A program made the translations under genes and the position numbers. This document shows positions 50,989 to 64,000 of a DNA stretch of 64,000 nucleotides, in pieces. The stretch is from the NCBI GenBank assembly GCA_002633005.1, contig NMRA01000031.1, positions 657,185 through 721,184 on the forward strand, read 5' to 3'. This DNA comes from Phoronis australis (Eukaryota > Animalia > Phoronida). The notes under the pieces are model-generated. The model was not told the origin of the DNA and did no database searches. It saw only the letters and a list, made by a program, of their open reading frames with translations. Each line of letters starts with the position of its first letter. The first letter of the stretch is position 1.

Positions 50989-53439
50989 TTAATTTCTGAC
51001 TGCAATAATACGGCCCGAGATTAACTCCTGCTGCAAAAGGTGGTGTTGAATAGCCATAGTCTAACTAGTAAAATGTTTGTCTTCAGCTCGTGATCGACTA
51101 AAGTAGGTGCAGGGTGTCCGTTATCTTGTCTGTTCATATGAGGGCGATGTCAAACTCAAAAGTTCTTACACAACGGTCTAAAACTGAGAGGGAACCAAAT
51201 AAACGTTGGAGATATTTTATTACAAACTGAGCGAGAATCCCATGGACGTTGTCGCATTTGAGCTGTGTTTCTGGCAAAATGTGCGCGTTTCCCCCACGTC
51301 CCCACTCCGTTTCATAAAGACTGGCTCTGCTGTAGCCAGTATTGCCTTGATATGACAGGCTCGTAAGTTCGCAGGCTGCGCAGAAGCAAAGTAAGTCTTT
51401 GAAAATCTTCTACCACTCGTCACATTCTCTTCTTTCAGTTTTTTTTCTTGTTATTTTGTGGCAGAACATACTGCGTTAAGAATAGATTATGAACTGCAGG
51501 TTGTACGTGTATTTGGCTTCTGGTATGATCGTCCTCGCTTATCACTGAAACATATTTTTGTGGACCAGCTGCAAATGTCCTGTTGCATTTATAATTAATT
51601 CATCTACGAAGCTATTCGGTAATATTTAATATAAACACACTGTATTGAATCTACTACGCTGTCTATGCAAAATAATTAAAAAATTACAACGCAGTTCAAT
51701 GAACTCTATTGCTTAGTATACGAAAAGGTCTCGTGTCGCCGTAAATAGTTCCCATTGTGTGCCTGTCTTTGTTTTAAGATGCAATGTACGGAAAACTGGC
51801 GATGTGTTTTTCTTAATTTTGATGGAACTATTGTCAGTCTGACGGCAAGCAGAATAACGCTATTCATAACACCATGACCGTGATTTGTAATCTAACCGCA
51901 GTCTAAGGATGTTTAACCCCGTGTGTTCGGAAATGCTAATGACATAAATGACGATCTGCCCTCTGGCGGTTGATCATTAAGTCGTCCTACAAGTCATACA
52001 TGTGTGTTTCAAACTTTTAAGACTTAGCTATGGAAGGCGCATATCACGAGTTCACTTTTGTGCACTTGAGCCGTCACAATTCAACGTTTATGTGAATACG
52101 CTAATTTTCAGACTCTGGTCTTAATGTGGTCACGGAAAATGTGTTAATCAGAAAGTGCACTGACATTCCTGACATCAAAATTGCTCTTTTCTCCTTGACA
52201 TTTCTACATGTACACAAATTAATCGTTTTAGCCTGACTAAGTGTTCATATTCTCGTCTGTCATTCCATTTGTCCTCCTATCTGTTAATCTCTCTGTTTAT
52301 TTGCAAGGCTGAATGACGGTCTCGGTACGTGCCTGACGTACTGACTGTAAGCCTATCGCAAGACACCGTATTTCCCTTTCTAATGGTGTGGTCTACATTT
52401 ACCCACAATGCCCCGCGTCAGAAGGTCACGTGTCCTACACTTGTAAACTGATGTCATGCAAATTACTATTTTGCATTAACATTAGTTTGCCATTCGCCAT
52501 TTTCAGGCCAATTAACTTTTGCTGTTGCGTAATAAGTTACAATGCAGACATCAACAACCCGAATGAGACGCGACTTTTGACTGGGGTCACTTACCTGATG
52601 TGAAATTGGTCTCAACTTGTTCTTACACAGATTGGAAGTGATTTCTGGGCTTAAAAAGAGCTGACAGTTGACCCCTAAAATGACCAGCCCTGTCATTCAA
52701 CTTGCCCTGTCAATCATCTTGTTCAACCGGGTCTTCAGTAACCAACTGTAAATGCCTCCAAACCTCAGGAACCACGTCTAATCTGAATAGCGAGCTGGAT
52801 GAGATCATTGCTGATTTTCGTAGAAGCAAGAATCTTGCCAAGGAAGCTAGTGTGATCACATGGTTCGCTTGTGATACATTGCGTTATCTCGCGATATTTC
52901 GCGAGGTTATGGCGTGTACCGGAACGCATGCCAGTTTATAGCAGCAAGTGGCGTGAATCCCTTAACGTTAGTTTTTGACATAAGGTATGTTCGCAGCAGC
53001 ATGAAACGTGGCAATGATCTAGTTCAGTTAAAATTTGACCAGTTTCAAATTTTCATCAAAAGCATCCTTCATAAATTCAAACATATGGAATAATAAATAG
53101 TTCTGGTCCATTAACTATATTTTCATCAAATTTAACCTCAAACCACATGCCATGTGATATGGTTTAATGCGTACGCAGAGCAAATGTCTAAGTTTGAACG
53201 AACGTATTAAAAACAGATGTGTTCAGCAATGTACTGTCATGCACGTACAGTTGCCTATACCTATAATATGTAGACATGTGTTGCTAAAAGAACGAATCCA
53301 CGTGTCAGATGACTAATAACGTATTTTACAAGGACTAATTAAACTTTATCACGATGTTAAGTTAAATTGATCGACGAATTGGTACAGGATTTTGGTGTTA
53401 AAAACTCATGCATACGCGTAACAACTTTTACTTCCATAT

Positions 53440-53826
53440 TCAGGGGCACCATATAATCATACGCACGAACAACACATCTTGCCCACGAACCACCTGCGAA
53501 CTTATGAATCATACATACGAATCCATGAATCATGCATACGAACCTGAAAATCGCGCATACGAACAAAAATCATGCGCACGAACCATAAAAATCATACGCA
53601 CGAACCACACAAATCATACATACGAACACAAAATCAGACACGCGGGCATCGAATCACACGCACGAATACCGATACCCTGGTGGTTCGTACGTACGATTCG
53701 GATGCTCGTGTGTATGATTTGTGTTCGTATGTGTGATTTTTGGTTGCGTATGCATGCTTCAAACGTTCGTAAGTGGTTTGTGCGTTAGATGTGATGCTCG
53801 TGCGCATGATTCTATGATACTCCTGA
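53440..53826. mobile_element. Foldback-type MITE with subterminal 20-22-bp repeats
   Basis: TCAGGGGCACCATATAATCAT / ATGATTCTATGATACTCCTGA termini. ATCATRCRYACGAAC repeats run forward to about 53670, then inverted. Confidence 0.75.
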
Positions 53827-54534
53827 TGTCACAACTACAGGGTTATGTGTCTTAATTTTTTCGTTCATTGCCGTGCACCTGTTAAACTTTCCCTCTGTGC
53901 GTATGTGGTGAGTTGCAACATCTGCTAGAAATGCAATTCGCCATACTCCCTCAAGCTATCCTGCACCCTTGGTTTTAGCTCATGGTTTGAGAACTAACAA
54001 AGAAATCGATGCTTCATCTTAAACATTTTCCATCTGTCTTATCATCTGATGTGTTCATTAAAAAATAAAATGTCATTTCTTCAAGCGAATTACTTTCTGT
54101 GGCTCTAACGGATGCTAAGACGTGGGGGATTATCCCTGTGAACTGTTCTCAGGCGCTCTATCGATCGCACTGTAAGTTTTGCGATCATGAGTTGCTGGCG
54201 AAAAATACATATTTCCCTGATAACAATTCATTTTTGTGAACTCCCGCATGCAGATGGACGATTTCATCAAGAGATCATGACTTCATGTTTTATCCCCATC
54301 GATAAAAGCAATTATGAATTCTCGAACTAAGAAATTAACAGATGTTGGATACTGCATGACCAAAGAGCATTTTTCATAAGTTTACACAATCTGAAGTTGT
54401 GCGCGCCCTCATCGACAACACTTTAATTAGGCCTACATGGTTGTTCGTAATGTGCCCTTAGACCAGTTAATCCGTATGATCACGGTGACCTCGTGCGATC
54501 CCGAGCCCTGAGAGGCTACGTATAGGAAGGTAAC

Positions 54535-54625
54535 ATATATGATTTGATATGACACGATATAACATGGTTTGATATTTGATATGACATGAAATAATATGAC
54601 ATGGCATGACATGACATGTTATGGT
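54535..54625 (+). repeat. Degenerate pentanucleotide microsatellite (ATGAC/ATGAT)
   Basis: gatatgacatgaaataatatgacatggcatgacatgacatg. Confidence 0.75.
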
Positions 54626-57600
54626 ATAATCATCATAAATGCACGCATGTCAAACCTTAGAGCCGTTTCATGGAAAGAGACTTTAAGTCGCAAGTCAAAA
54701 CTCGTGTATTACGCTGCCACTTCACTTCTGAATAATGTTTGTGCCGAGTTAATCAGCAAAGCATAGTACAGCAACTCTACAAACCATCCGATTCGTTGTC
54801 AGTTATGAGCGTATTCAAGGAACTGTTGTACTCTGATGAAGGAAAATATGTCGGAAAAGGTTAAGTGGACCGTACGACGAAATTAAGTCTTAAGTTTGTT
54901 TGAAGAGTAATCTCGAAACAGGTCCCTTAGGCTTGCTTTATGAAAAGTGACTTCAGTCTTACGTCAGAAATTTGGTAATACGTTCCACATAACTACTTCT
55001 GAAAGCTTCTCATGTTAGCCAAGCTACAAAGTCTCTGAGAATATACAACTGATAGTTGATGAGATGTCTATAAATTATTTCTAGATGGTGATGCGCTCAT
55101 AACCACTTGGTCAAATCTTTATTCAGCAATTATGAGGTGAGAAAGTAAGTCGATTTTTTTGTCATTTTTCATGAAACATACTTCCGATTTTATGAGCCAA
55201 CACAACCCAACTGTTCTTAAATATTACATAAACCACACATGTGTCGTTAATGGTATTGTGACTCGATCATGATACAGCTGTATTTCTTATTGGTCACGAC
55301 CATTCCGTGTTATCGAGCCTAAGTAGCCTCTAATGGCCTTTTAACATTAAATCTTCAACAATTTGTTTATGCTATGAATACTAGTAATATCGTATTTGCT
55401 CCGTAGCCAATGGTAATGCAAGGCTGTTTCTTTTACCGGTCACCGACTTATTAATTAAACACTTTCACTGAAGAGAAGTGTTCCTATAGATGGCCATTCG
55501 TCATGGATTTCATTTGGATCTTCAACCATTCCAGTCTCAATGAGGTGTCTTAATTAACACATAATTGTAAAAGGCTACTGCAACAGAGCAGTTTCGTCTT
55601 CATTATTTACTATCTCTGCGCGGCGGTCACCGACTTGTAATCAACTTAACAACAAGCCCAAGGCTGCGTTCCACATTAACCTAACACTTGCGGCGACAAA
55701 TCTACGCTTATGGAACGGAAACAGTGAATTATATCCCAAATATTATGAATTCAACAATATTTCAACCTCGACGACGACTCACTTTAGTGGTCACCGTTAA
55801 TTCTGCTAGCTTACGCTGGTAAGGTTGTCTCGATATTCGCGAAACACTCTGAATAGCATTCATGACGTGCTTTTCTGTAGGTGTAAACACGGATATTCGA
55901 ATTCTATTTTAACGAAACAGTTCATACCACACGCTTACATCTTCGCCACCTCTCGCACCATGCGATACGTCTTCAGTCACGTGATGTCAAAATTACGTCT
56001 TTTCGTTTTCTTCATTTCGTTCATTATTATAGCTAAATAATTCAATGCCCTGGTTGCAGTTGATAAGAAACTAATCTTTCGAAATTCTAGATGCTCGTTA
56101 GTCCCAGGAGAGCGGATCAATACCTCAATCTACCCCGACCTTCTTCGTCGGTAGGCACGCTCTAATGTAATCCGAAGTCTCCTCCGGCTATTCTCTAATA
56201 TATGGCTGTGTGTTCTGTGATTAAGACCACTTGTTCAGTGAAGGGCCACCCAAGCATGCCTGCAGACAACACTGTTCTGTCTTACAACCATGAACAATAT
56301 ACTACACTCCGTCGTGTTTGTTACTGCTAAACGCTTATGTCTGAGATCCAACGTCATTGGCGGACTTAAAGATGCACAGTCTCATTAAATTGTGAATATG
56401 TAAATGAAGTACTAATTTACGAACCCCGGGTCCTCCACTGTGCCGGAAACCATTCCAGAACCAGTTACCATTACAATCTCACGAAATTCTCGTTTTGGGA
56501 GACTATTTTTATGTAAATGAGTATGGTAATGTTTCATCATGGCGGACGAAGACCTGATGCCGGCCTAGAGAACAAAGAAGGTGTGTAAATTCACTTTGCC
56601 GTCACCTTGGACAATATTCAACATTTTGCGTCTCTGGTAGTGCAAATTCTACTAGGTATTTGCATACAATTCTCGTCCACATTTCTTAGGATGACAAAGG
56701 AATCTCTGGGAATCCTCCACAGCATTGTCGTTACCCTAATGAAACAAGTCACAGTTTTTATTACTTGTTCAAGTTTATTTCACTATCAAATAATGATTGC
56801 GTAATATGTTCACACATGTTTTAAGTGTATCAGTTGTGGTGTTTTCTTTGGCACCGCAAATTGTTTACAAATTACTTCTTTTCCTCATCAAAACAAATGT
56901 GAGTAACAATCTTTCCGTACACTCGACTTGGTGAAAGAGATACTCGTAATTTTTTTTCACGTATGGTCTCATATACAGGACCGTTGAGTTTTTTTTAATT
57001 TCCCCCGCAAGGTACATTACTTCATACTCTAAAAATCAGATTCGGAGGAGTGCCATATTGAATTTTACGTCACGCGATGTATGTTTTGTTATTAATTCAA
57101 TATTTTCATGGACTAGTTTTAGTAGTTTTGACAATATTAATCGTTGTGGCTATGGATGAGACTGGCAAAACCAAAAAAAGCAGAGTATGGCATGACCATG
57201 TATTTTGGGATCGTCGCATTTTTAAATGTTCCTAGAAAAGGCGTTATATGTATGTAGACCATGTCCTTGTGGAAGAGATTTTATACAAAGGCGTCCACAG
57301 AAAGGCGAAAAACTAACACGTCACAGACAACGTCAAGCTGGGTATATTGCTGCTGTTAGGGTGTAAGAATAAGGTGTTACAACAGTGTCACATGAACACA
57401 GTTTACGCTACATGGTAGTTTCCTGGGCTGTATTCCGTGAACGCAAGACACTCGATAGGTAAGAGCTGGCTAGGTGTAATCTCGTTCTTCGCTTGTAATG
57501 CATGGCGATTTATCGCGAAAACTTCTTTGATCTTGCTGTTTCGCGAGTGTCTTGCGTCTACGGAACACAGCCCTGACCATCGCTCAACGCTTTGCTAGGG

Positions 57601-60600
57601 AGTTGGTGTGCACCTGTACGTACACTCAACTTAAAACTTGTTTATCATATAGGCGCATGCTTCTAAATGCCATCGTTCCCGACCCTGAATTGATCTGCCG
57701 CACGTACGATAGTAAAACAAGTGCACTGTACCCTTTAGGACAAGTTGAGACTTTATTTCAAGGTTCATGAGTGTGAATGGATTTGAATCAGTTTTGGTTT
57801 AACGCACTTTGCTCTAGTAGATTTACTTTTTCATTTATAAGTCTATTTCAAACAGCACTTTAGTGAATGATGGACAATTTAAGCGACTGACGATTAATCT
57901 TGATTGATTTATATAAGTCCGTGTGATGACAAGGATTATGCCATGTGACGGGTAATGACGAATTAAACCAGTGGTACAACGCGTTTGCTATCCTTGTAAT
58001 ACTCGCGGTCAGTTCACTGCTCCAAAGTTGCTGGAGTATGGGCGGCGCACCATAGGGGACTGGGGGCTATAGCCCCCACGTTTTTCAGTGCTACGCTTCA
58101 CGTGGTCTATAGGCGGTGCACCACAGGGGGGGCTGAGGGGGCTTTACCCCCTCCCACTTCTTCAGTGCTGCGCCGCCCATGTGGAGAGCTGCTTGTGTTT
58201 ACTGCCTTCTGTTGAATAACCGCCATCTCTTTCCTTGGTCCCAATAGTCACTTCCCTTTTTCTAGGTGCGAAGCAACAAAGCGTGTTTAAGTTGGGGATG
58301 TGAGAACGAATGTGGTATACACGCACACACTCAGCTCCATCAAACGCCCCGGCACCAAGTGACCCCATCAGTTCATATCTCCCATACCCCCTTCCCTGTT
58401 GCCAGCAATGTTCATATAATTCATTTGCCATAAATATTAATTTTTGCTTTCCACTAGTCTCGGTCGCCAGCAATTTCACATCATCCCTTTCTCCACCTAC
58501 AGTATGTTGCTCGGCAAATTATTGTTGCCGTGCAAATCGGTGTTTATTGCTCCCTGCAACTTTCTACCTCGCTTTGCTCTTCACATCTTCACTGCAAATC
58601 TGCACGGCGTACATGCATGTACCCTAAAAATTACGTAGTACCACGGTTTTGAAACAAAAGCTATTATATCAAGAAATCCACGAGAAATGCTTTTCCGAGA
58701 AGTTTGAGTACACGGTATACTAACTGGTTCTTAGTTCCCTAAACTTGATTGTTTTGGTCTCCAGAGGAACGCATGGGCATGTAGTTGCGAGTTGGACGCG
58801 TCCAGCCTGATTGAATTCAGATCTGCGGACTGTGTACACTAAATTTGGTGAAGTGGTAAACAAAATATGAGCTCTGATGTAAACGAGAATTATATTAAGG
58901 GTGCAGTCCTGAAGGTATTTGCGCTCAAGTGTAAATATTTGCAAAGCTTAATAAACCATTAAATGCTTTGCACGAAATACCCTGTTATTAAGATTATATG
59001 TTTGTAAATAAGACTCGCCACAAAGGAATCTGTTTTTGAAATTATATTTTGGAATTAAATAAGCCCATAAGGCATAAACAGAGAAACAAAAACAGAACAT
59101 TTTTTTGAAATGATACTTAGGGAGTGGTTTAACCTACAATGCATAGTTAAATGTTTCCCTTCTCATGGTCATTTATTGGAATCTGCTCTTGGTGTGTTCA
59201 GTCACATAGATCTATTTGTGGCATATATAAATTGTCCCGCAGGCAATTGTCTTTAACCAATAACTGTTACCCCCACGAGTCTGTGAGCTGTACGTTCCTG
59301 TACATCTGATGTTATTGAGACTTTCGGTCATGTGATTTTATCCAGCCTCGCTGGCCCCCATTGTTTGTGGGCTTCTCACACTGGACTTCATTGAAACCCC
59401 AGTCTTAGAAAACTACCGGTAATCTCTGATAATAAGCACCAGGTCGTATAATTATTCGAAAGTTGTCTCATTTATACATTCGTGATACCCCGAATACAAG
59501 CCCGATCTCGTGAACGGAAACTGTGCCAGCAACATGGACATGGAATAAGTACCAGAATATCTGTAGGTAGTTTATGGTACCAAAAGTAGTTAAAATAATT
59601 TTGTGTCCGGTTTCTCATAAAGCCTTGTTTTTGTTTGACACTCTCTATTACATTTCATTTTCAGTACCCTACAAATAGTACAAATGTTTTCGGGGAAAGT
59701 AAGTCTATGGGCCTACGGTATTTGCCGGTATGTCAAGTCGCGTGTTAGCACAACACCGTTGGGAATTTAAGTGTCAAAATAATAAATGGCCGTTGTTAAT
59801 ATATCGTCTATGCCCTCTACACTCAAAGGCTTCCGCTTGACTATGGGCGACAAATTTGTGCCCTCTGTAGACAATCTGGAACAAGAAAAGGCGGGAAACA
59901 GTGACTGTAACTTGAAGGAATGTAATTAGAAGTAGTACGCAAAGTGTTTCACCTATTTATATACTAGGCTTGAAGTTGTAAAATTGTGGAGGCATATTGA
60001 AAATATCAAGCAATTGATGTAAGACCGAGAGACAGTTAACTTTCAATTCATGCACTGGTTTACCGGAAAGTGGATAGGATTTTATCAGAAAATGTTACTG
60101 TTGGATAAAAATATCTTCATTAACACTAGATGGCGAAAGAGTATCTTCGCGTGGAACACCGTCGATCAAAGCGCCACCTCTGGAGGAATAGCCCTGGGAA
60201 ACCAAAGCCGGCGACAGGGTTGATGTCTATTATTTTCATATGACACACCCCTTCTATAATTCAGCCGACTATCACTCGGTGAGTTCGATTGAATCTGTTA
60301 TTTGCTGTGACCATCGCAAAACTGGATAACCAAACATCCGTCAACGTGTTTCAACTTGTTATTTTACTGGACTTCATCATAGTTGTTCAGTTATACTCAG
60401 TACTGCCGTCTTTTAAAGTGAAGTGATTTTCTTGGGGACATCTGTCAAAAAGTTACGGCACGTAAACGGTGAACTCCCTATGAAAAACATCAGTCTAGTA
60501 AAGCTTCCGGCACCGATCAGACTTGTTTGCGGAAGAATAATGGTCACATGGTTGAACAGTTTGGCAATTAACGGGAGCCTTCGGCTGGCCGGATGTTGGC

Positions 60601-61352
60601 ATCAAAAATCACTAAACGCACTGATCCACTAATCGCCCGTTCATGCTGTGTATAGGGATGGAACTGATTGTGCGTGATCGACCGGGTATCGACTGATCTG
60701 TGACTATAGGCTTTCTTGGGGTCTCTTGAAGACAAGACGCCTGACCAATATAATTTCACTGATAAATATCAACGCACACTGGGGATATACACCCGGAACT
60801 GCGCTAGCCGGTCGAGAAATAAATACCGAAATACAGTGTTTGAACAATGAAATTACTAATCAAGAGATAAATTGCTCTCGTGTTTGTACATCCGTGTTGC
60901 TTCAATGAGAATTTATGATTTGTGATACCTCGAATAATGGATTCAAATAGAGTGCAGTTTCTGAAAAAAATGATAAACACCTAGTTTACAAGAAGTCATT
61001 TCTGATAGATAACTTTCTTCGCTATTTTTAGGTAGGTTTGTTTAAATAATCAGGTTAAATTTACCGTGGAATCCACCTAGTTCGGTCCATATTCTTTCAT
61101 TCGGCGTGGCTCCTGTAATCACTGAACAGTGTTGTTTAACATTTTAGGGGTTTCATATTTTGAAATCAGTATTCAGTTTTCACTGGGTTTACCTTTGACT
61201 AATTACAAGGTGCGATTTTTATGGAAACGATTATTTGTCTTACTTCGGGGGTACCGTCTTCGGAAATGCACAGGCTTTTGAGTGTTTGACTTTTTTAAAT
61301 TTGCAGTAATGGTTTAATAATGTCGACAGCACACGTGTGATTAGTATATCAA

Positions 61353-62115
61353 AGGGACATACAGGCGAGATAACTAATTTTGTGAGAATAGCCTCATCGC
61401 GTCGAGCCTGAAAATCCCATGATCGCAGTACAGTTACGCTCTGCTGATGGAGTGAAGCTGAACCTCACTCGATAAATGGCATAGAGTATTTTAAGCGTTT
61501 TTTATACCTCATAATCAGTCTGACATGGCCATTACAACCGTTGATTAAGCCATTTGGTTAATTAATGTGTGTTGATTAACATTTTGGCAGGAACCCGCTT
61601 CACTCGAGTTTCGTTGCCTTAACGACTCAGCTATTCAGCTGCTGACGTCATCTTACGTGAAAATTGAATACTTAAATGAGGACGCGAAATAATCGTATGT
61701 TCAACAAGCCACATTGTACCGACATTTACTAAGCTGTGAAAAATAAAACCAACAATTTCAGCAAAAACGACATCTTTAATTCACTAAAATTTATCTGTCA
61801 TTTTCTCTCACTTGTAAATCATCGAGCACCAGTTTAAATATGAGTAACATGTCGTCGGTAATTCCCTCGGGCGATAAGTCTCCAAAATCCACTCGGGCTC
61901 AGATTACCGAAACTAAAGACTTCGCCATGTAATAATCTCTATTTATGTAGTAAAATCACCGGTTTGGTTTAAAACAGCGTCAAGAATTGACGATTTGCAA
62001 TAAAATCACAAAAGCAAAGCGGATTTTGTTGTTTTGATCAAAGCTTATAAGTTCGAGAAGTCCTGTATTCATACAGTATGAATAAGACACCGGTTAAATC
62101 GGCCAGATATGTGTC
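61353..62115 (+). mobile_element. Diverged, interrupted relative of the 50722-50988 MITE
   Basis: AGGGACATACAGGCGAGA start. 62003-62076 aligns to 50870-50947 (TTTTGTTGTTTT..GATCAAAGC..ATAAGT). About 500 bp of extra sequence lies between. Confidence 0.45.
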
Positions 62116-64000
62116 TATTGTACATGTATGTGCTTCAAGCACGCGGCCATTAAACTTCACTGCAGAAACGAAATAGTAGCTGCGACTCCACTTGCATGAC
62201 AAATCGTTCACAGTCCACCATTTTTTTCACGGTATTGTAAAGCTAACCAATGACTGCTGAGGTTACATCAACCAAATGCTAAAGCGCGTGCTACTGCGTG
62301 ATACCTGCGTGCTGGCTAGGCACGTAGGGGACCCGCGAGCGGAGCTATATTTCGGTTCTGAACCAACGCCCTCCGACGTACATACAACAAACTAATCAAC
62401 TATGCTGGATACTGCACTTTTTGCTGTCTTACATCAAAGCGTAAAATTCTAATGTTCTGATCAGTCGCGTGCGATCACTATGGGAGAACAAAACTTAACC
62501 ACTAAAAGTTACGACAATTCAACGAATCCTATTCACGGCACGAAGGCAGATCTGCCGCCTTTTTGTTACCGTTAAACATTCATACGGTTTCAATTTGATT
62601 ACCTTTTGCTGTTTTTCCGACAACCATCTTGATGAATTTTCTCTTAAGTGCACTTTGTCTCCAGGAGTCATGGCTAGATGACGTTGATGACCTTTCTATA
62701 TTATTTCAAATTGAGCACACATGTATTTCTTAGGGTAGGAAATGTTGTCACCGTGGTGGAAGCATCACGGAAACATTGTCGTTTGAATTCAAAACTTGTA
62801 AAATTAAGAATGTTGTTTTTTCCGTTCTCGAAATGGTGAATTTTCAACTCTCATAATTTGAATGGATCTACCACAATCATTGAATTGTCTATGAATTAAT
62901 TGCGGTTTCTAAAATTGATCCAGTTTTCGGAATCTATATTTCCAATACCACCACTTACTAATTTTCTTTAAGAGAACAATAAAAAGCAATAACTCCTAAA
63001 TGTGTTTATAGACATGCCATAAATGTATATGTAGACATGCCATAAACGATGGTTGCGTGAAAAAGGTGTATGGGGAATCGTCGTTGTACGATGTACTTAC
63101 TTACATGGGACCAGTTTAATCGGTGACCTCACTGCTAACGAGACTCCATCTGTTCTTTTTTAGATAAATTTAGTGCAAAAGGTAACAGATTTAATAGACA
63201 CAAGCATAAAATCAACTAGCCGATACCTATGGTAGGTTAAATTCTCTTGAGTTTAAAGATAAGCTATATTGAGAACTTCTTATCGATTCCTCGAATCGTC
63301 ATCAATTTTGTTGCATTGAGAAACAAAATTGAAAAACATAGGATGTTATGAAAAAAGTTGCGAAAAAGGTCAAGAGGTTTTATTACCATCAACAGTTTCG
63401 GACCCATGCTGACTCTCCAAAGGAAGGACATGCTTAACATTTATGAAATCGAAATGTTTCGGCAAATTACGCTAATAGATTGAGCGTTAATGATGAGATT
63501 GCGTGTGACAAGGATGAAATTTTTAGTAGTTAACATGAAATGTTTAGCACTATTGTTTTATCGTCAGTTCAAATGCTTTAATGTTCTTTTCGAAATGTGA
63601 GTGTGTTGTTGGATTTGACGCAAACCCGAATAGTCCTTTAGACAAAGGTAATCAATTCTCTCACAGGCGGCCCAACTAAAGCAACCTGTCGTCATAAGAG
63701 GATGTCTATGAACATAAAGAAATGTTTGATTAATGCATTAATTAATATACTGTGTATAGTTTTTAAGCAATCTATTTCTATACCAAACCTTTCCAGATAA
63801 CATGGACATTACATAGGGGATTCCTGTAATTAAAATCAGGACCAGCTATTTTAGATAACTGCAGAGCTATTTCTGTTCTCTCATATTTTTTTAAAATTTT
63901 TAATCACGACAAGCTTTGAGACCATTTTCAACCCGATTACTAGGCTATATCCCGCTCAATGTGGCTTCATTTGAAATCATGATTAGAATTGTCAAAACAA

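Noticed and set aside
53357-53788. His/Thr/Asn-rich ORFs
   Set aside because: Translations of MITE subterminal repeats.
59325-59390. HDV-like ribozyme (CCAGCCTCGCTGG)
   Set aside because: Could not build P1 and P2 pairings.
61840-61945. Crypton-like non-autonomous end (also about 5935-6030 and 28840-28940)
   Set aside because: Only a remembered resemblance; no recombinase remnant or definable boundaries.

Overview
AT-rich, repeat-dense eukaryotic DNA, most likely intronic or intergenic sequence from an invertebrate metazoan draft assembly (N gaps at 23046-23160 and 25743-25811). I found no intact host gene, rRNA, tRNA or CRISPR array, and nearly all ORFs in the track are spurious. The supportable content is mobile elements: (1) a young 5'-truncated Penelope-like retroelement with RT thumb and GIY-YIG endonuclease, a 127-bp inverted end, a 13-bp TSD and variant minimal hammerhead motifs (2582-3833); (2) a two-ended IS3EU-type DNA transposon (15828-19560) with a 6-bp TSD, a decayed DDE transposase, 21-bp palindrome-core subterminal arrays and a possible convergent HECT-like gene remnant; (3) two related Kolobok-type elements (1-1326 and 33355-34843); (4) a decayed CR1/L2-group LINE (about 36827-38345); (5) a 450-bp palindrome made of two head-to-head 3' ends of a second Penelope lineage (47290-47740); (6) several MITE families and simple repeats. 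All alignments and family assignments were made by eye and need database confirmation.
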